Of a stretch of DNA of 64,000 nucleotides, positions 37,355 through 49,654 are shown in pieces. Position 1 is the first letter of the stretch; every line of letters begins with the position of its first letter. This stretch comes from Massalongia carnosa (Eukaryota): NCBI GenBank assembly GCA_965645245.1, contig OZ287068.1, positions 3,100,001-3,164,000 on the forward strand, in the 5' to 3' direction. The notes beneath the pieces are model-generated. The model saw only the letters and a program-made list of their open reading frames with translations. It made no database searches and was not told the origin of the DNA. A program made the position numbers and the translations under genes.

Positions 37355-37838
37355 GAGTGGTAGAGTCGCTGGGAAAACTCTGGACTTGGTAAGGGTTAGT
37401 GCTGCAGCTTGCTGGATCCTTCTGGTTACCTTACATGCAATAAAATTCCTTTAAACCATCTAGCTGGAATATCATAACGTGACTCCTTCAACTATAGAGC
37501 CTTTGTGTGGTGGGACCAGATTCGGCCCCTTTATGCCCTGTCCGCTGAAGGTTGTATAGTAGTATGTGTCTATTGAAATAGAACGCGTTTATTGGTTGAT
37601 CTACCACCCCAAGATAGTCGGAAACGGAGTTAGGCAGCCTGACTTCCAAATATTATGTTTGCTATAAATACATTAATAATGGCTTACAAGCTTGAAAGCT
37701 GATAGGATAGGTTCCGTTGGAATGCGACGCCCGACTTCATTGAATTGGTCTTGCTGCTTTAATCTCTGCACAGTAAGCGAGCATAGAGAGGATGGGCAGG
37801 ACACGAAAATGTAGCTGCATTGGTTCAGCACACTGTCT

Positions 37839-39723
37839 ATGTCCTTCAGCATCCATTCTAATAAAGAGCCAAGCTCAGACATGCCGCTTCACTCTGGCCA
37901 AAGAATTCGAAGCAAAATGCAAAACAAATCCCCCAAAGACCATACCAATCCGCACAAGCATGAACAGTTCTCTGACCGGATCAGTGCGTCTTACAGCGTT
38001 CCTGCGCAGTTTCCACTTGAAAATGCGCAGTCGCAATCAAAAAGATTACCGCCACCCCCACCCACAGAAAGATCTGTTAGGAAGGACGACTATCTCGAGG
38101 ATTCTCTTGATGCAAAACCTGAACTGACGAGGAAATTAAGCGCAAAAGGGATTGACGATGGCATGGCTAAAATCAGCTCTGCACAGAGCAATCGCGCGTT
38201 TTTAGATTACTATGATGGACAATCCAGGTACAACGAACAGGGCCACCGAGGCGCGAATAACTCGGCCGGTAGGACTTCGAACTACTTCAATGAAGGGGTT
38301 GCCGGCCGGCGCAGACAGAAGGAAGGTAAAAGAAATTGCATCCATTCAGCGTTGGGAGATAAGTAACTAATGCTGGGTAGATCACCGTTCATCGCGAGGA
38401 GATGAAAGTGGCGGAGTAGGTTGAAATCCAGACTAACAGTCTTTCATGGCACAGACATTGGCTGAAGATGTGTTAGTGGTCATTCCGCGCAGGCCTGAAA
38501 AAGATGAAAAATAATATACAGGAAAGCATCAACGATGAGTACTATTACTCAGATGAGTACGATAAGCCAGCCGAGCCGCACCGAATAAATCATGAAGAAC
38601 GCATTCACATATTGCAACATGAGAATGAACAGCAAGCGAGAATCATATCAGAGCTGCAGAATGATCTCAATCATGAGATCGAGAATAGTAGAAAGATCAA
38701 GGAATCAGCGAATAAGATGGCATTTGCTATGGAGAGCAAGGAGATTTTCATAGGACCACAAGCTAGCGATGACGTGATCTACTCCCGTTTTCAGTCGCTG
38801 TTGGGGCAGATCAAAACCTGGTCTATTCCGTTTGCACGAGATCTCACAACAATCTCTGAGGATCTATCATTAATTAACCTTCAAGAATTTCAAAAAGTAG
38901 CTCCGGCTGTCTCTGATCTCCCACGCTTTCTTCAAGTTCCAAAAAACGCTCGTCTATTTGTTCGAGGATATGTTAGCCTTGCTATGGCAGAGTCACTCTT
39001 CCGCACTTTTCCTAACGAACCTCATCCAGGCTCAGATGCAGAGGATGTCTGGATGGACAAGGAGGTCGCACATAGTGTTTTTCTAATAGAGAACAACCTC
39101 TTTTACGCAGGTAAAAGGTCCTTCCGCGCTCTGAGATTACCGCTGATATACCCATTTCCCAAGACCGCAAAGCCGTTTCATACCGCCAACTTCACGACTG
39201 GAGAGCACTGACAGCGACTCTGATTTCAAACCTTGACGGCTCAAGCAAAACGGGTAAGGGCATGGAAACACATGTAACGAGCTGTAGTAATCGGATCATG
39301 TCTTTTGTTGGAAACTGGGCTGCTGCCGAGAATAGAAAGGCGTTGGAAGACGATCTCTTGGAGATTCTATTTGGTGCAGTGAAGTTTGCGCAATTACTGC
39401 GCCGGCAGCGAGCATGTTGGTCAGTCCGGTACTTTGGCCACGTCATTCAGAGATCTTGGAAACTTAAGTATAGCCAAAACCCAATGTTCTTCGACGAAGC
39501 TACCATGTACGACAAGGACGAAGATGAGGATAGCGATGGCAAAAAGGTTCAACTACCTTTCAAAAGAATAGTGGAAATTGTTGTGTCTCTGGGTCTCTTC
39601 AAACGTGGCAATACTGACGGCGAGCGCTTCGAATATGATTCATGTATGGAGAAGTCCGAGGTTAAGTGTGGAAAAACTTGGACTGGAGCTGGCCATGTAG
39701 AAACCCAAGAGCGAGTTGTATGA
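37839..39723 (+). CDS. Coiled-coil protein with conserved fungal helical domain and GrpE/MIEAP-like C-terminal beta region
   Basis: Exons 37839-38325, 38381-38415, 38477-39110, 39164-39723 join in frame. Disordered N-terminus, coiled coil, then SDDVIYSRFQSLLGQIKTWS, LHDWRALT, AVKFAQLLRRQRACWSVR, FFDEATM, VEIVVSLGLFKRGNTDGERFE...EKSEVKC. The gene model is well supported; the GrpE-like label is inference. Confidence 0.75.
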
Positions 39724-40399
39724 GAAGCTGAAAAGCTGCGGCAACATGTTCTTTTCCATCGAAGTAATCATTATTCGTTTCCCGTCTAGAGTAACACTCG
39801 TGAGGTCCAGAACTCGATATGTTTCCTATTCACCTTGGCGCGCCTTGATATACTCAAGGGATCCCCAAGCGCAATGTCAATATAAGTGGAAGTGAAGAAG
39901 TCCATAAACTCTCTCTGTAGGCTCTTATTTTCCACGTAACCGTTGGTTATAATGTACAGAACAAGTTGAATAGAAGAAGATTGTGTCAATGAAGGTTTCT
40001 CGTTTTTGATGATATTTCGCTGCGCCTCCTACGCACGGACCCAGAAGGAAACTAAAACCAAAAGGCGTCATCATGGCTTGTTTACTGTGTACACAGTAGG
40101 TAGCATGTTCCGGTACGAAGTATTCCCCTTGGAGCGCTCACTACGGAATCCTTGAAAGGGCTAAACACCTTTAGACCTAGACTCTTGAGGAGGAGGAAAG
40201 ACTTTCTCCCAAACGAAAGGGGCATTCGCAGGGACATCTCTCCGAGGAATTTGTTATGCTTCTCATCTTTCCTTTGTTACTTGTCATCGTTCTGTCTCGT
40301 CTTTCTAGCAGCGACGTGAATATACCGAGTATGTTGTTAGCAATAACCCCAGAAGTCAGATGGGCTCGATCAGGACCACAACAGGGCCGATCTAAGCCA

Positions 40400-41945
40400 C
40401 CCCGCTTTGATCCAGCAACTGGAGTCGTCTTTCAAAGGCTCGAAAGTGCTGATACTAAACTCTGACGGGTATTTGGACAGAATCAAGCGGTGGTCTAATG
40501 CCTGCGACAAATGAGCGGTTTGGACACGCTCCAACATCCATCTAGCCCCGTATCTAACCAAAGATCACCTTACTAGGGAGCTGTAGTCCTCGAGACGTCC
40601 GCAGCGGAAAATTTCCTCCGCCGTATTATTTGCCCGCTCCCACTTCCTCGACCTTGCCGTCTATGGCGGAGATCACTCCGGCAGTGGAGCGTGGCCAAGT
40701 CATTGACCTCTCTCATGTGTGACGCGTGACCGTTGACCCCGTCGCCAAAAGGATTTAAGCCTAAGGTGGCTGTCTCTGGGAAGACGTGGATAATGCGGCG
40801 GGCGAACACGGTCTGGTCACGGTTGGAGGCACTGTCAACCATACCGGCATCGGCAGCTTGATCTTGGGAAGCGGATATAACTGGTTGTCCGGGCAATATG
40901 GGCTGGTGATCGACAACCTTCTTACGGTGCAAATCGTGCTCGCAGATAGCTTGATTGTCACAGCGTCAGAATCAGAATATCAAGATATTTTCTGAGCTAT
41001 TCATGCCGCCAGGCAATCCTTTGGCGTAGTGGTGGGACTCATCTACCGCGCGCACGAGCAAACTTCTTCTGTGTGGGCCGGGAAGCTTGTTTTCAGGCCG
41101 AACAAGCTTGAAGCACTAGTTGGGGTTGCGAACCGGCTCATCACCTCCTCGCAAGGCGAAAGCAGCCTCATTCTCGGCTTCGCCTACTCCCCATCCCACT
41201 TCAAACCGGTCGCCGTTGCTCTCATCTTTTTCAATGGTCCCGCCGCTGCCGCGGAAGAATTCTTTGCACCGCTTCTCGCTCTGCAGCCTGTCATCAATAT
41301 GGCCGCCTTGATGCCATATCCCCAACTCAATAGCATCATCAACCGCGCCTTCCCTTACGGAGGCCGGAAGTCGTACAAGGGTGCCACTTTTCCACCCCTA
41401 TGCGCCCTGCATTTTTCCAAGCTGTCGTTGACGACCTAGTCGGCTTCATCCAACGCATGCCCGGCTCAAGCAGCACGATTTAATTCGAGTATCTACACAC
41501 GGGGAAAACATGCGAGGTGTCGCATGCAGCGACTGCGTTTGTGAATCGCGTGCAGCAGCAGAACGTGCTTTTGATCGTGAAATGGTTGAATGCGGCGGAT
41601 GACAAGATGAGCAAAGCGTGGGCAGGGGAGATGGCGGAAATTTTCAAGGCGGAAATGGCGCGGGGGAAGAGGGAGGGGAAGGTGAAGCTTGAGGTCAAGG
41701 GTGTGGGGGAGTATGGGAATTACGACAGCAAGTTTTGCTTTCACTTCTTTCCTGTTTATATTTTTGCGGGCATGAGAGAAGCCATGGTTATCTGAACGAT
41801 GACTATGAACGTGGTTAACTTTGGAACTATAGGCTTGAACCAAAGACGCCAAGTGATTTTCGGCCAGAATTACGAGTGCCTGCAACAGCTCAAGGGGCTC
41901 TATGATCCGCACAATCAATTCAACAAACCACGTGTTCAGATCTAG
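40400..41945 (+). pseudogene. FAD-linked oxidoreductase (BBE/6-hydroxy-D-nicotine oxidase family) pseudogene
   Basis: [50 protein letters not shown] (W>stop at 40993-40995), YGNYD, and a BBE tail IFGQNYECLQQLKGLYDPHNQFNK. Stops and frameshifts throughout. Confidence 0.85.
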
Positions 41946-44304
41946 TAGGTGACGCCAAACATATGAGATCGAGGAAGCCCTACGTCAGATCTTGGTAGAT
42001 TAGCTGATTTAAAGATCAGGTGCCTCCTTGTCGCAGGCATTCACGGTTGTTCTAGTCGTTGGTTGTTGGAATCATGCGGTTTGGGACGTAGCGCTCGGTG
42101 GTGACATGAAGCCAAATGATACCCTCTTTTATAAATAGCGGCTTTGTCGTAACAACGGTAGGAGGAAAAACTTCATTTCTCTGATCGGCGAGTGAGTGAA
42201 CGAGAAAAATTCTTTTGATGTGGAGACTTGGATTAATGGGAATTCGATCCTCCTTTTCACCTCTTCGGCTTACACACAACATGACCATCGCCCCAGCCCA
42301 ATTATTTTGCTCTGACGCGCGTTTATCGCTGTCTGCCCGTCAAAGTTCTAAGAAACAGCCTCTGTGAATTCAAATGCAACCCCGATATTGATGTTGAGAA
42401 GAGCAAACCAGTCAAGAAGTCTGCTCCGCGGGAGTCGTATCAACATTGTAGCGGTATCCGGCCACGTCACACGAATAGGTGAAGACAAAATCATACAAAG
42501 GTGAAAGCATGCCTTTTTAGAAGACCATCTAAGTTAAGCTAAGCTAAGCTAAGCTACTACAAGATAGGAAGGAACTGTAACATCTTAACAAGGCTACCTC
42601 AGACTTCAAAGTGGCAGGGTTGGGCAGGCGTGAGCAAAAAATGGAAGGGAGAGGATTCCATCTATGCTTTCCCTATACCAACCAGTCTAAGGAACAATGA
42701 TAAAACAACTGTTACAAATTCACCTCATGCAAAGTGGTAGATAAAGGTATTAATAACAAACTCCTTTTTTCTTACTTTCCCATTTGGTTATCTTGGGCTA
42801 GATGGTTGAGGAAGTAGATGAAGAAGACGAATGCACGAAAGAGAAGGACAGATTTGTCCCAAGAGGAGGGAAGGTAGGGTAGTTAGGTGACTAAGGCATT
42901 CCCCACAACGAATCTTGAAGAAATAGTTATTTTCTCTGCTCTGCTCTGCTCTGCTCTTTTCTCCATCCATCCTCACCGATTCCCATCTATCTATTTCTTC
43001 TATCCTTAACACCACCAGGTTACCACCATACTCTTCCCATAAACATCCCCCATCTAACCCCTATTTCCAAATAAAACCCATCACGTTTGTGTGTATCTCA
43101 TAACCCCCCCCTCCTCCAAATATAACCCAAAACGAAAAATATTCCTAAAGTCATCATCAATCGTTGTTGTTTTTTCTAATAAGTATTGGGATTTTTCTCC
43201 TATCTGTTGTTCAACACTGGTGGATGCAGTGATCATAATCAATAGCCCAGAAATGAATTAACGTAGACGGACTAAGGGGGGGGGGGGGGGGGGGGTGTCA
43301 AATATACATTACCTATTCCATAACATCAATGCCTCACTCACTCATCAATTCCCTCGCTCCTTTATCTTACACTTTGCACTCCTTTCATTTTTATTTTATT
43401 TCTTCTCTCTTTCCGTTCTGTACCCTTCATCTATTCTTAATGCGTTTCTTCTCCTTTTCTTCTTCTTCTTCTTCTCTCCCGATCTGCATAACCAATCCGC
43501 AAACGGCCTACCCAATCACCCACGTACAACCTTATACTCCAATCTTTGACTTCACGAATCCCCCCATCTCCAACCACGCGCCATCCCCTCTCCCCTCCTT
43601 CAAACTACGAAACACACACGCCCCCTCCATATACCCACCCCCCCCTCTCGAGCCCTCGGACGCACAACACAACCAAAAAAAAAAAAAATTCCTACCATAC
43701 TCTCCCCTCACTTCCTCTACCTACCTACTTACTCGCACCACACCGCCCTACCCTACCCTCTCCACCTATCCATCCACCCACCAAGCGAAAGTTACCAATC
43801 CTGGAGCGTGTATGCGCGAATAGTCAAAAGGCAACGAACAGATGTCCAATGCGGGCGTCAGTCATACATATCGATCTATCTAGGTACATAATCCTGTATC
43901 CAGTGCCAAGTTACGGCAAGAAACGTCGATACATGCATGATGAGATGATACAGGTACCTATGTATTGTACGAGTACCTATGTAGCTTAGGTACCTGCCCT
44001 AAACAAGGGGATAAGGAAGTAAGCGCGAGTGAGTTTTGCAAAGCTTGGTTTTTGCAAAGAAGAGAGTTGGGGGGGGGCAATTAAGAATTTATATGTCTAG
44101 TCACCATTATGAAGATCCCTTCGTCTTACGACCAGGGGCTGGTTATCTTTGCCAACGCGCGAAAACAGAAAAATAGTCCTTTAAAGGAGAAAATAAAAAA
44201 TAAAATGGGAACTCTCCGTTCCTCGCGAATCTCTTCTCGCCCGTGCCCCGTTCATTTTCCCTCTGCCCATCTATACATTCATACCTTCCGCCAGTTCCAT
44301 TAAA

Positions 44305-44963
44305 TTAATACGCGAACCCACCCGCCGCGGCCGCAAACGCAGCCAGCAATCCGCCCGCCACCGCCCTTCCACCCGCCGCGTTCGGCTTGCTCGTCGCCTG
44401 GGCCGCCGTGGCTACACTCTTACTGCTGCTGGTACTGGTGCTGGTGGGAGCCGGGGTGATGATGGCGTCTGTCCGGGGGGGAGACGAGGAGCCGGTGGGG
44501 GCGTGGAACGGCTTGGCGGTGGCGGTGCCCGTGCAGAAGAGGGTGGAGTCGCGGTCGTCGTAATTGAGGTTGGTGCAGAATTGGTAGAAGCAGCTGGCGA
44601 GGGAAAGGGTGGGTTAGAGTCTGGGGGTTGGGGGGAGACGGGAATTGGGGGGGGCTGACTTTTCTTCAATCCTCACCGAGGAGCAGCTGCAGGCGTCGTC
44701 GTTGGCGTCGCAGTTCTCGTAGGGTTGGATCGGCTTGTAACAATCGAAGTAAGGGCTATGTGGTGAACGGGGCTATCAGTCTAGTTGATCTACAGTGAGG
44801 AGGGGGGATTCTTGGTAGATTGGTGGAAGGGGTTTTGAGCTCACGTTGGCTGGGCGCAGTTTTCGGGGGCGACGTCGGTGGCGTCGACGCCGCTCCAGTA
44901 AGTGTTTTCGGCTGCCACAAGGCTGGAGAGACCAAGGAGCACGGTGGAGGCGAAGAACTTCAT
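44305..44963 (-). CDS. Small secreted 8-Cys (CFEM-like) GPI-anchored protein
   Basis: Signal peptide MKFFASTVLLGLSSLVAA and two introns. Mature region ENCAQPTPYFDCYKPIQPYENCDANDDACSCSSVRIEENCFYQFC...LFC, a Ser/Thr-rich stalk, and the GPI-type tail KPNAAGGRAVAGGLLAAFAAAAGGFAY*. Confidence 0.75.
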
Positions 44964-46342
44964 TGTGAGGATTATGGAATGTGGGTGTGGAGAGGAAGTA
45001 GAAATGGAAGCCGTTATGTGGAAACTAATATCAAGCAGGTTGGATTTTATTGCTGGAAGGAAGGTAACTAAGAAAGAGAAGCAGATTGCTGAGTATGATC
45101 ATTGCTTGTGAAGGGCAAGAGTAGGAGAGATATAGATAATTTTTCGTGGTGAGGGACCGGGGTTCACCACCGCGGAACGAGTGTTCTATTCCGCTGCAAC
45201 AAATAGCACGGGAAGGTCTTTACGAGGCTGAAACTTGGCTAGGAACTGATAAGTTTGTCACGACCCCAATCCTCAGGCGGGATGGGCTGCTCTTGGCAGG
45301 AACGGCATGTTCGCTATGCCCACCGTCGCCAGCGAATTCGAACAGCAGCAACAGAATTGACGTTGTATGCGACATGCCTAGGGAACGAAGTAGTAGTAGA
45401 GCTTTCGCATTGTCCAACCGCACATTCTGGTTTCTGGTTTCTGGTTTCTGCTTCTGTTGCTTGGGAGAAAACCCGTTCGGTAGATCCCTCTCTCGTGCCT
45501 CTATTCAAAGTTGTCGGTACGCGTGTGAGATGTACAGCGTATGTACTGTACAGAATAAAACGGGGTCTTGGCACAGGATCAATACATCAATACATAAAAA
45601 CATACAATCACACCAATAAATATCCCACCATGCGGAAGCCGTTTTCATTTCCCCCACTCAAGTTTCAGGGCCAGGACGGGAAAAGGCGTCAGGTGTTTTC
45701 CGATACTCCGTAACCACTCGGTATGATCGTATAGAGTATGTACCGAGGAGCGAGTAGCGGGAACGTCCCAAGTCAGTCACCCTGGTGAGATCCTAATTCT
45801 CAAGCGTCATTCCAGGATCATTCTTCATCTATCGCTTGCTCTGTATTTTCGAGGTGTTTTGACTGCCTCCAAGGGTATAACGGCAGAATCATTTTCCCCC
45901 GGTTGAAGACATCCAGGTGCGGACAACAAATGTCTACTCTTTTCCACTGCTGCGAAATGAAACCCTTGGCATGACAGGCAGCCAGCGTTGTTTGCATGAC
46001 AAACGAAGCCCTTCAAGGCTGTGATAAGCTCCAAGCCTTCCGGCTCGCGCAATGCTTACAAATATGGAGTTAGCTTTGCGTTAAAAGGGAAGGACCCGAC
46101 GCGGATCATGCAAGTAGGTGAATGACGTACCTATAGAGAGGGTGGTCCTAGACAAGGTAACTTACCTAAGCTATTCCATACTTGGTTACCTACTGCCTAC
46201 TTAGCCTAGTGTGCGGAATATCATTGTAACCGAAAAGCACACTTACAATCATCTGCCTGCATTCAAAACAATTGAATGTTCAATATCTATCGCATAAAAC
46301 ATTTCACTAACCTCCCCGTGCTTTGTTCGCATCGATCATCTG

Positions 46343-46373
<31 letters not shown>

Positions 46374-46383
46374 CTTCTTCACT

Positions 46384-48295
46384 ATGGATAACTGGAGCAG
46401 CCCTTTGGGTTCCCGGTATGCTTCCTCGCAGATGCTGGAGCTATTTTCTCCTCGCCGGCGGGCCAGTACCTGGCGGCGTTTGTGGATCTGGTTGGCGGAG
46501 TCGCAGAAAGAGCTCGGCCTGACCATCTCAGACGAAGCCATCTCTCAATTAAAAGCCCATGAAATCATCAGTGATGAGAGTTTTGAGATTGCTGCCGTTG
46601 AAGAGAAGCGCCGCCGGCACGATGTCATGGTATACCAGCGGAAACCTTATACATCGTGAGATCACTGCTGATGAATATAGGCTCATGTGCACGCTTTCGG
46701 TGAAGAGGCTCCTGCTGCGCGTGGGATCATCCACTGGGGGTTAGAGCAAACCTATTTCTCTTCGGCTTCCTAAACCTGGACTGATAACTGCTTAGCGCGA
46801 CGTCCTGCTACGTCACGGACAACGCTGATCTAATTTTTCTCCGGGAGGGTCTCTCCACTCTCCTTCCAAAGCTCGCTGGCGCGGTCCAGAAGCTGTCCGG
46901 TTTTGCAAGTGAACATAAATCACTCCCTTGCCTCGCATATACCCAGTCTGTATTTTGGGTCTGCGCTGCCTGAGGCGCTATCCTGATATGTATATCACAG
47001 TGGCCAACCAGCACAACCGACTACTGTGGGAAAAAGGACCTGTCTTTGGATTCTCGATTTGTTGATGGATTTGCGCAACCTTGAGCGGGCTAGATCGGAC
47101 CTCCGATTCCGGGGCGTGAAAGGAACGACAGGCTCTCAAGCTTCCATGCTCGCCATTTTCAACAATGATCACGATAAAGGTAATTTTCTCCTCCCTACCA
47201 ACCACTTTCCATGCCGCAGGAGACTAAATTTAGCCAAAGTGGAACAACTGGACGAACTCGTGACAAGAAAAGCAGGCTTTGCTTCTGCATATTCAATCAC
47301 CAGCCAGACATATTCGAGGAAAGTCTGTTTTGTGATCCGAAGTCGTATGGGCCATTCTGACGATATAAGATTGATCTTGACGTTTCCCATGCGCTGGCCT
47401 CGTTCGGCGCCACTTGTCAAAAGATTGGCGGGGACATCCGTCACTTGGCCATGTTTAAGGAAATAGAGGAACCGTTCGAAAAGGTACGCGAACCTTCCAG
47501 TTACTCTACACGCGGAATCTAAACCTACTCATAGGATCAAATCGGCTCATCCGCAATGGTATATCTTCTCCTCAACCGTCAATTCCAAAGCCTAACCCCC
47601 CCCCCCCCACCAGGCGTACAAACGCAACCCTATGCGCTCCGAGCGCCTCTGTAGCCTAGGTCGCTATCTCTCCAACGTCCCCACCAACACCGCCGCCACC
47701 TACAGCGCTCAATGGTTTGAGCGTACGCTTGACGACAGTGCCATCCGCCGCATCGATATCCCGGGGATGTTCCTTGCCGCCGATGCCCTGCTGCAGCTGC
47801 TTCTTAACATTGCCGATGGCCTGGTTGTCTACCCGGCCGTGATAGCGCGTCGCCTGCACGAAGAACTGCCCTTCATGGCGACGGAGAATATCATCATGCA
47901 CGTCGTGACGAAGGGAGGGTCGAGGCAGGAAGCGCACGAGCGCATTCGCGTTTTGAGTATGCTGTTGCCCTCCTTTCCCCGTTGCATGTTATACCCTTTT
48001 TATCTCTCGAATAATCTAACCCCCTCCCTTCAACCCCAAATTAGGCCGCCAAGCCTCCGACATGATCAAAATCCACAGCCAACCCAATGACCTGATCGCA
48101 CGCATCCGTGCTGATAATTTCTTTGCCCCGATCGCTGGGGAGTTGGACGAGCTGCTCGATCCAGCCACGTTCGTCGGCCGCGCGCCCGAGCAGGTGGAGA
48201 AATTCCTGGGGAAAGGCGGGGAGGTCGACCTGGCGCTAAGGGAGTATGGGGAAGGGCTGGGAACGGGAGGGGAGAGGATAGAGCTTCATGTTTGA
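46384..48295 (+). CDS. ADE13: Adenylosuccinate lyase
   Basis: [86 protein letters not shown] (fumarate lyase signature), [22 protein letters not shown]. Multi-intron. Confidence 0.97.
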
Positions 48296-49654
48296 AGAGG
48301 GATTCTTGGATGGGGGTGATTTTTTCTTCTTCTTCTTTCTTCATTTTTGCCTAGGTAAAACCCTCATGGTCGGAATAGGAAAAAAGAAAAAAAGCAACCG
48401 AAAAGAACACCCAACGATTTACTCATCCCACCATCTTCCTCTTACATCATTTGTCATCTCGGAAACCCTTCCCTTTCCTCCCCCCTTACCAAACCAACCA
48501 ACCAACCAACCAACCAACCAACCAAACCACCACAAACCAACTTGCCAAAACAAGCTGTCCCTACCTACCTACCTACCTACCCACTTACACTCAGGACCGG
48601 GGGGGGGAAAAAAGAAAAAAAAAACCAACCAGAAGCCACCCGGGGGGGGGGGCACTTTTACTTGAATCTGCTTTCCCCCTTCTTCTTCTTCTTCTGATAG
48701 AAAGAAGGGGTAAAGAGAAAGCGAGGAGGGTGGCCAGACGGATAAAATTAAAATTAAAATTAAAAGATTAGTGGCAAGTTATTCAGTTATCCAGTTGCTC
48801 TGTAACGCGTTCCGTTCCGTGAAGCCACCGAATGAATATCCGTGTACGCGTGGTCGCCTGTCCCATCTTGCTTTCGCTTTTGGGGGGAGGGGGGAAAGGG
48901 GGAAAGCAGATTCCTCGGAATGATTCATTCGATGAGTATCCTACTGACCAGGGGCGAACGGCGCGCCAGGCCAAGTTATTATTGTATGTACAACAACAAT
49001 TTAAAAAAGTTCCCGGGTAACGACAACACCGACAGCAAAGCTTACGCTGACTGCCATTGATTCCTTCGCTGGAGGTTTCCCTCCTCATCCTCTAAACCGT
49101 CAATCGCACACCGTCCGATTGACTTCAACAACAACAACCCTTTTCCATCCTGTTTATTGAAAATTAAACCCTCGAAAAACATGAGGGGAAAGATGCACGC
49201 AGGGATAAAAAAACCGCCTGGAAAAAACCCCCCGAAAATCCAAACGCATTGGCTCAAAATAGAATTTGAGCCGGGGGGAGTATCTCATGCAGTAAAGAAA
49301 AACGCCATAACTCGGGAAATGTAGAAGACTACGCCGCGAACTTAACATAGGAAAAAATGAAAGAAGAAAAAAGAGGGGGAAATAGTCCGCTTTATGCCAG
49401 GAGCCCGCCCGGAGTGCTCCGTTATCCATGCGTGAGTTGGGTGTCCCAATCCGTCCATTCAGTCCAGCCAAACCCGATTTTGATACACCTCCTCCCAAGT
49501 TCCAGATCCTGACTAGCGTCAATGCGTATTCATGCACCGTCGAGGATAGCATAATTTCCAAACTCCAATGATGTTGCCGAATGGATCCTCTCATAAACCT
49601 TCGTTCGCTCGCTCTCTCGCTAAGTTCGCTGGACATCGCAAAGCTCATCACTTC

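Noticed and set aside
42500..44100. Several ORFs of 75-164 aa
   Set aside because: Derived from simple repeats (CTAAG, CTCTG, poly-G, TTC, TACC).
48300..49600. ORFs downstream of ADE13
   Set aside because: (CCAA)n, (TACC)n and homopolymer-rich UTR/intergenic sequence.
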